Assembly: GCA_963797095.1 (NCBI GenBank)
Contig: CAWCNY010000003.1
Location: 96,001-160,000, forward strand
DNA length: 64,000 nt
From: an uncultured Chloroflexia bacterium
Lineage (GTDB): Bacteria; Chloroflexota; Chloroflexia; QHBQ01; JADMIH01
Reading direction: 5' to 3'
Made by a program: the position numbers and the translations under genes. This document shows positions 57,960 through 64,000 of this stretch, one piece after another. The notes under the pieces are model-generated. The model saw nothing but the letters and a program-made list of their open reading frames with translations. It was not told the DNA's origin and made no database searches. Position 1 is the stretch's first letter, and the number at the start of each line of letters is the position of its first letter.

Positions 57960-59942
57960 CTACAGATAATAGTCGAAATCATGCTCTGTGCGCACCCGCC
58001 TTCTGAGACTGAAGATATGGGCGGGGCGCGTCTTGGGGTCAAGCTCCACGTAGTTTTGGCTGCCCGACCACATATAGCGCTCATCCGTCAGCAAATCGTG
58101 TACCTCGTAAGGCTGGTGCGGGTCGATCTCGAACTCCTCCAGGGGCAATTCCACAAGCCCATTTTGCGTCCAGGCCGGGTCGAGGTTGACCACCATAAGG
58201 AGGAGGTCGCTCATACTGTCGTTGGATTTGGTATATGCGATGACCCTGTCGTTGGTAGTGGGATGGAAGAGCAGGTTATCATTGCTCTGCAATGCCGGAT
58301 GATCGCGCCTGATCTTGTTTACACGGGCGATGAGAGGGGCCAGACTCTGAGGGTCTTTGACATTCCAGTGCTTGATCTCGTATTTCTCGGAATAGAGGTA
58401 CTCCTCTTTGCCGTGGGCGATGGGAGTATTCACCGCCAACTCATAGGCCGGCCCATAGATACCGTAGCTCGCGCCAAGGGTGGCGGCCAGCACGAAGCGC
58501 GAAATGAAGGCAGGTCTCCCCCCGATCTGCAATATCTCGGTCAGGATGTCGGGGGTATTGGGCCACAGATTGGGGCGGAAAAACTCTTTCACGTCGGTGG
58601 TGGTAAGCTCGGTGAGGTATTCGGTCAGTTCGTACCGCGTATTTCGCCACGCGTAGTAATTGTAAGATTGTGTAAATCCGATCTTGGCTAAGAAGTACAT
58701 TACTTTAGGCCGGGTGAAGGCTTCGGCCAGGAAGATCAGTTCAGGGTACTCCTCCTTCAGGCTGTTTATACACCAATCCCAGAAGCGCAGTGATTTGGTG
58801 TGGGGGTTGTCCACGCGGAAGATCTTGACCCCCTGCTTCACCCAGAACTCGAAGATGCTCCGAAGCTCGGTCCATAGTTCGCGCCACTGGGGCGTTTCGA
58901 AATCGAAGGGGTAGATATCCTCGTATTTCTTGGGCGGGTTCTCGGAGTATTGAATGGAACCGTCGGGGCGCTTCTTGAACCACTCAGGATGCTCCCGCAC
59001 GTAGGGATGGTCGGGCGAGCAATTGAAGGCTATATCGAGGGCCACATCAATGCCGTATTCACTTGCTTTCCTGACAAAGCTACGGAAATCTTCCAAAGTG
59101 CCGAGGTCCGGGTGGATCGCTTTCTGCCCGCCTGCCTCGGAGCCGATGGCCCACGGGCTGCCAACATCGTCCGGCTGGGCCTCCACGCTGTTGTTCTTGC
59201 CTTTGCGCTTTGTGGTGCCTATCGGGTGGATGGGAGGGAGGTAAACCACGTTGAAGCCGAGGTCAGAGACGTAAGCAAGGCGCTTTTCGCAATCGGCGAA
59301 GGTGCCGTGGGTGCAATCTTCATCCCAGCAAGAGCGGGGGAAGAACTCGTACCAAGCGCCATAGCGGGCCCGCACAGGGTCAACGGTGACGCGCAGTATC
59401 CGGTCGTAGGTGGTGCCATGTTCGCGATCAGTGTAGGTGTACATCAGGTCGGCCAGGTCGTCCGAAAGGGCCGCTGCGATGCCTGTGTCGCCTCCTGCCC
59501 GCACGGTTTCAAGATAGGATTGCAGTTCTTTCTTGTCAGTGGATGTGGCCCGAGTAATGGCGTCTTCGATGTATTCGGAGCCGATCATCAGATCGACACT
59601 GACATCCTGGCGGGCCTCGAGCCTCTTCACCAGGTCGCGCGACCAGTGCTTAAAGTGATCGAGCCAGCCGCGAATTGTGTACTCATAGGTGCCCAGTTGC
59701 GGCACATCGAAATGGGCGCGCCAGCGGTCATTCACCATGGCTTCCATCGGCACATCGATCCACCGGCCACCCGCTTGCCTGTAACGTAGCTCGCAAGACA
59801 CTGCTTCGTGACCATCCGTGAAAACATCGGCTTCTACTGTTACGCGCTCGCCCACGACACGTTTTATCGGGTAACGCCCATCGTCCACCTCAGGCTTCAC
59901 CCCTTCTACAATCACACGTTTGTTCAACATCTCAACAATCAT
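57960..59942 (-). CDS. glgE: alpha-1,4-glucan:maltose-1-phosphate maltosyltransferase
   Basis: WYEFFPRS, YLPPIHPIG, ENPPKKYEDI, FRVDNPHTK, LAEAFT and NTPDIL. Confidence 0.95.
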   Translation of the reverse strand: MIVEMLNKRVIVEGVKPEVDDGRYPIKRVVGERVTVEADVFTDGHEAVSCELRYRQAGGRWIDVPMEAMVNDRWRAHFDVPQLGTYEYTIRGWLDHFKHWSRDLVKRLEARQDVSVDLMIGSEYIEDAITRATSTDKKELQSYLETVRAGGDTGIAAALSDDLADLMYTYTDREHGTTYDRILRVTVDPVRARYGAWYEFFPRSCWDEDCTHGTFADCEKRLAYVSDLGFNVVYLPPIHPIGTTKRKGKNNSVEAQPDDVGSPWAIGSEAGGQKAIHPDLGTLEDFRSFVRKASEYGIDVALDIAFNCSPDHPYVREHPEWFKKRPDGSIQYSENPPKKYEDIYPFDFETPQWRELWTELRSIFEFWVKQGVKIFRVDNPHTKSLRFWDWCINSLKEEYPELIFLAEAFTRPKVMYFLAKIGFTQSYNYYAWRNTRYELTEYLTELTTTDVKEFFRPNLWPNTPDILTEILQIGGRPAFISRFVLAATLGASYGIYGPAYELAVNTPIAHGKEEYLYSEKYEIKHWNVKDPQSLAPLIARVNKIRRDHPALQSNDNLLFHPTTNDRVIAYTKSNDSMSDLLLMVVNLDPAWTQNGLVELPLEEFEIDPHQPYEVHDLLTDERYMWSGSQNYVELDPKTRPAHIFSLRRRVRTEHDFDYYL

Positions 59943-60100
59943 GTCGTGGGTCCTCCGTATTTGTATGTGTCTATTCCTTGCCTCAGAGCATAAAGGAGAG
60001 TGGGTTTTGCGTCAACCGTACCCTGGGCGTGCAATAATCATAGCATCTCGCGTGCCTGCGAGTAGCATTATATGGTAATATCAGCCAGGAAATCGGCAAG

Positions 60101-61261
60101 ATGAACAAGAGAATCCTGCTACAAGCCACCGCCCGCGCCGGGGGTGACCTGAATCCTATGGTTGCTCTCGCGCTCGGTCTGCGCGACGAAGGGTACACAC
60201 TTACAGTGCTTTGCGATCCCTTTTCACAAGCGGTATTCGCGCGTTTGGACATGCCCGTCATAGTATCCGGCCCGGAGTATGAGGTGGGCGAAACGGTGAA
60301 GGCAGCGCTCAAGGTGAATGGTGGGCTGCCGGAGGCCGAACGGGCAGGGGTTGAAGACGCGGCCATCAGCGAATGGCGGACGAAGTTGGCCCCATCGGCG
60401 GTGGAAGTGCTGAGGACGGTGCAACCCGACCTGATTATCACGTCGCTGTTCGGCACCTGCATCGGCTCGCAGATGGCGCGAATGTCGGGCAAGCCATGGG
60501 TGGCGCTCAATTCAACTTATTATATAGGCCCGAACCCGCCAAGGCCGATGGAGCGCGACTTCTCGCAGAGGGCCGCCGACATATTCCGCTATTCGGTGAT
60601 ACCGTATTTGCCCGAAGCGGAGCTGGTGATGCACGCCACCGATGCGTGGTTCGACTATGACAACTTTGGCATCCCGCCCAACCACCGCTACGTCGGCCCC
60701 CTTTTCTGGGAAGCGCCGGGTGAAGTGCCAGGGTATATTGAGGAGCCGGGTGAGCAGTGGATGTTGTGCACCCTCTCATCGCACAGGCAGGACGACACGC
60801 CAATCGCGGAGAAGGCTATGCACGCGCTGGCCCACACGCACCACAGGCTGGCTGTGACGGTCGGCATGGGGCACACGCCCGGCGAAGTAGAGCCGATCCC
60901 GGCCAACGCTCACGTCGAGCAATACATTCCCCATTCGGCTATCCTCCGGAACACCCAGTTGTTCGTAAGCCATGCGGGGCACGGTTCGGTGATGAAGTCG
61001 CTGTGGTACGGGGTGCCGATGGTGCTCGTACCCTGGTCGCGCGACCAGTTCGGGGTGGCGGCGCGCGCCGGGACTATGCAGGCGGCTGTGGTGATCCCGA
61101 AAGAGAGCCTGACCGTGCACGCGATGGCGGAAGCGATCGGTACCGCGCTACACGAACCGAAGTACAGGTGGGCAGCCCAGGAAGCATCCGCACGCCTGCG
61201 CCACGAGCGTACCACCGAAATCGCCGTTGAAATGGTGGCCGAGGTGTTGGCAGACAGTTAG
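60101..61261 (+). CDS. GT1/MGT-family glycosyltransferase
   Basis: GGDLNPMVALA, YIPHSAIL, HAGHGS, GVPMV and DQ. Confidence 0.88.
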   Translation: MNKRILLQATARAGGDLNPMVALALGLRDEGYTLTVLCDPFSQAVFARLDMPVIVSGPEYEVGETVKAALKVNGGLPEAERAGVEDAAISEWRTKLAPSAVEVLRTVQPDLIITSLFGTCIGSQMARMSGKPWVALNSTYYIGPNPPRPMERDFSQRAADIFRYSVIPYLPEAELVMHATDAWFDYDNFGIPPNHRYVGPLFWEAPGEVPGYIEEPGEQWMLCTLSSHRQDDTPIAEKAMHALAHTHHRLAVTVGMGHTPGEVEPIPANAHVEQYIPHSAILRNTQLFVSHAGHGSVMKSLWYGVPMVLVPWSRDQFGVAARAGTMQAAVVIPKESLTVHAMAEAIGTALHEPKYRWAAQEASARLRHERTTEIAVEMVAEVLADS

Positions 61262-61628
61262 ATGAGGCATGGTCACAATTCATTTTTCGTGCGTGGAGAA
61301 GCAGCAACTTCACGTGGAAACAGCCCATTTCGGCTGCATTGGGCGGGCATGTGGCATATCTCCAGGCGTGCGACAAAAGCCCGATTCTGAATTATGACCA
61401 CGCCTCAGTTAGATCACATAGAAATGCCCGGTCGAGGTGAGTTGCAACGAACAGTTCTATTCGAAGGAACCCGCTCCAAGAGCGCACCGGCGCTCGGCTC
61501 GGGGCGACCGGGTGGCTAGATCGGGGGTGGCGGGACGAAGTGGATGCCGAAGGAGTGGCCGGGCCGTGGGCGGATCGTCGTGTGCGACCGCGACAAGGCG
61601 TGGCGTGACCATTGCCAATATGGTCGGG

Positions 61629-62261
61629 CTACGGCCCCGACTCCCGCGTCGTTTCGAAGTTGATGCCCTTCAGCGCTTCGATTCGATCGAAAGCTCGCTT
61701 GCAAAATAGATATATAAGGTACGCAGTTACACTGCCCGCTATCAATGTTAGTGGCGGCACATAGTAGACGAGCACGAGCGCCAACGCGAGGATTACAACG
61801 CAGGGTATGGTTGTGCCCGGCTGGCTGACCGCTATCAGGAAGGAATTTCTGACCACGCTGCGCCACCCTCCTTCGTAGTTGACCATCACCGGAAAGAGGT
61901 ATACAGAAGTGAGAGTAAGGCACAGGGAGACCAGGGCAAGGAGAAGGAACAAAGGCACCTTCAGCCACGCCTCCATGCCGCCGATCAGTAGGTAGTCAAC
62001 GAGCCACAGGCAGCCAATCGCCAGCCACAAAAGACCAAGCCAAAAAGCCTGGCCGAAATTGGCTCTCAGGTGGCGGACGAACGGCATGACCACGCCGCTA
62101 TCGGTGCCTTTGATCCAGTCTCTCACCACGCCGAACATGGCGGCAGTAGCGGGGAACGCCGTTATCAGAGGGAGGGAGGCAAACAGCCATATGAGGTTGA
62201 GCAGAAAGAAATCGACAAGAAGCTCGACTACCCTATAGATTTTGCTATTCAGAAAATCCAA
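61629..62261 (-). CDS. YesL/DUF624 membrane protein
   Basis: LNLIWLFASLPLITAFPATAAM motif, 4-5 TMs, next to a sugar hydrolase. Confidence 0.85.
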   Translation of the reverse strand: MDFLNSKIYRVVELLVDFFLLNLIWLFASLPLITAFPATAAMFGVVRDWIKGTDSGVVMPFVRHLRANFGQAFWLGLLWLAIGCLWLVDYLLIGGMEAWLKVPLFLLLALVSLCLTLTSVYLFPVMVNYEGGWRSVVRNSFLIAVSQPGTTIPCVVILALALVLVYYVPPLTLIAGSVTAYLIYLFCKRAFDRIEALKGINFETTRESGP

Positions 62262-62425
62262 GCTTTGCTTTTCCAGGTGTCTTTCTACCTCTGATCCCTC
62301 TGTCCGAGGGCTGGGTGCAAAGGGCTACGTGTCGCTGGGCGCTTCACACGGCGCGATGCGCTGTGGCGCGACGAGCTAACTCCGGAATTTTACCACCTTC
62401 GCAAGGGTGCTACCAATGCAGGATG

Positions 62426-64000
62426 TCATGCAGGCGCGACCTTTTCGATCGATAGCAGCACCGAGCGGAAGGGCGCATCCGCTCTCACCTCAATCCCCTT
62501 CCCAAGCTCCTCCCCGCCGAGGGTGGCGCTCCAACCGTCGGGCGAGCGCAGGCTGTAGACGGCTTGGGCGTCGATGCCTGGCAGCGCGAAGGCTCGTCCG
62601 GACAGGCCATGTGCCAGCCGGAACGCGAACAGCACGCCGCCCAAGCCGTCCTGCCGAACGTACCATACGGCCGCCCAATCGCCCTGGCCGTCCAGCGGCG
62701 GAGCATCCGTAAGCAGATATTGACGGCCCGATTGGATGATGGGCCTAACGACCCGTTTGTACCACGCCACGTGGTCCCTGACGATCGCGGCTTCCTCGTC
62801 GCTCCATCGCTCGACCGGCGCGCTGATGCCGAAGCTGCCGAGCATCGCTACCCTCGTGCGGAAAGGGAGGTCGCCAAGCTCTCCTCCCGCGGCTCGCAGC
62901 GGGTCGTGCTGGGCCTCGTGTGGAGGCCACTCCACGAGCCAGTCGTTGCACTCCTCGGGAGGGTGGGCAAGCTGGCTTCCGAAATGGATTGCCAGCTTCA
63001 TAAGTGGGTGGGTCTGGTCGCTGATCCAGTTGGTATGCGCGTGCGACAGGACGCCCGCGTCGAAACGCCCGCCCCCGCTGGAGCACATCTCAAGCACCAT
63101 GCCTGGGTGCCCCGCGAGCAGCTCGTCCTGAAGGAGGTAGAGCCCCCGGTAGTGCGCCACGAGAGGGTCTTGCCGCGTCAAATCCTCGGGGAGGCCGGGG
63201 GCCCAGCCTCCCTGGTACAGGTCCGCGTTAAAGTCCCATTTCAGCCAGCGTGCCCCCGTTGACCTCAGCAGAGAGAGAGTGAGGTCGCGGATCCAGGCGC
63301 GCGCTTGCGGCACGCCCAGGTTGAGGATGGCCCTCTCCTGCGGGTGTGCCACTCTTCCACCTACGGCGTGCAGCCATTCGGGGTGGCCGCGCCGTATCGC
63401 CGCGCTCGGACCCACAGCCTCAGGCTCGAGCCAGATTCCGAAATCGATGCCAAGCGCCCGGCAGTGCGCGCTCAATTCTTGCAGGCCGGCAGGGAAGAGC
63501 ATGCGATTGGCGATCCAATCGCCCGTGCGAAGCCACCAGCCCTCGGAAGGGTCCTCCCGCTCGGTGGTGTACCAGCCCGCGTCCAGCACAAATACCTCGC
63601 AGCCGAGATCGCGCGCCCGCGTAGCATAAGCTTTCATCACTTCCACAGGCGGCTCACCTTGATAGGGGAACCAGCTGTTGAATTGTACCGGGATCGGGCG
63701 CTCATCCGGCTGGGAGCCGGTCACGGCTCGACCCCCAGGCTCCTCACCCCCGGCCTGTGGTCTTCCCCGCCGCCTTTGACGACGGAGATAGCTATGCAAC
63801 TGCTGCGTGGCTTGGTTGAGCCCGCCCGCCATGCAGCCGAGGAGCACATCCGGCAGCGCCAGGGAGTCGCCCTCCGCCAGCCGGTGCCTGAAACCCCAGA
63901 GATTCAGCCCGCCCGCCAGCAAGACGCGGCCACTTGAGTGCCTGCGCACGTAGTACTGCCAGTTCCCCGACCAGAATAGCTGGGTGACGTAGGTGTGGTG
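62426..64000 (-). CDS. GH36 alpha-galactosidase, 5'-partial
   Basis: WSGNW, FNSW, FVLDAGW, GIWLEPE, LKWDFN and EMCSSGGGRFD; frame open to the window end. Confidence 0.92.
   Translation of the reverse strand, partial: HHTYVTQLFWSGNWQYYVRRHSSGRVLLAGGLNLWGFRHRLAEGDSLALPDVLLGCMAGGLNQATQQLHSYLRRQRRRGRPQAGGEEPGGRAVTGSQPDERPIPVQFNSWFPYQGEPPVEVMKAYATRARDLGCEVFVLDAGWYTTEREDPSEGWWLRTGDWIANRMLFPAGLQELSAHCRALGIDFGIWLEPEAVGPSAAIRRGHPEWLHAVGGRVAHPQERAILNLGVPQARAWIRDLTLSLLRSTGARWLKWDFNADLYQGGWAPGLPEDLTRQDPLVAHYRGLYLLQDELLAGHPGMVLEMCSSGGGRFDAGVLSHAHTNWISDQTHPLMKLAIHFGSQLAHPPEECNDWLVEWPPHEAQHDPLRAAGGELGDLPFRTRVAMLGSFGISAPVERWSDEEAAIVRDHVAWYKRVVRPIIQSGRQYLLTDAPPLDGQGDWAAVWYVRQDGLGGVLFAFRLAHGLSGRAFALPGIDAQAVYSLRSPDGWSATLGGEELGKGIEVRADAPFRSVLLSIEKVAPA

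Noticed and set aside
56270-59942. glgE-maltokinase pair without an adjacent treS
   Set aside because: Ordinary alpha-glucan pathway; treS may lie elsewhere in the genome.

Overview
This is a bacterial window, most likely Chloroflexota/Chloroflexia (inferred from Cys-rich SLH-anchored surface proteins and an 'FPET' repeat protein). It splits into an accessory, mobile-element-rich left half (~1-32.5 kb) and a core-like right half. The left half holds the end of a Tn7/Mu-like transposon (tnsB, tnsC, an apparently inactive tnsB paralogue, a tyrosine recombinase and four 22-bp-spaced end sites), a group II twintron whose inner intron sits exactly after the outer RT's YADD codons, an rve-type IS, a complete Tn3-family transposon with a tyrosine resolvase (38-bp IRs, 5-bp TSD), and ISL3/Tn3 remnants. 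The best candidate for an undescribed system is at 8.4-18 kb. There an XRE-NB-ARC-TPR (STAND) regulator is divergent from an unannotated 25-aa peptide gene, a PaaK-like adenylating enzyme and a GxGD intramembrane aspartyl protease. The same four-repeat operator array precedes both the peptide gene and a downstream unit leading to an FG-GAP/SLH surface protein, which suggests a peptide-signalling (quorum-sensing/RiPP-like) circuit. The right half holds SLH proteins, a MoxR-DUF58-VWA operon, tRNA-Gln, rnpB, tRNA-His, an amylopullulanase, glgE/maltokinase and a GH36 alpha-galactosidase. All calls come from reading motifs by eye; no database searches were run.
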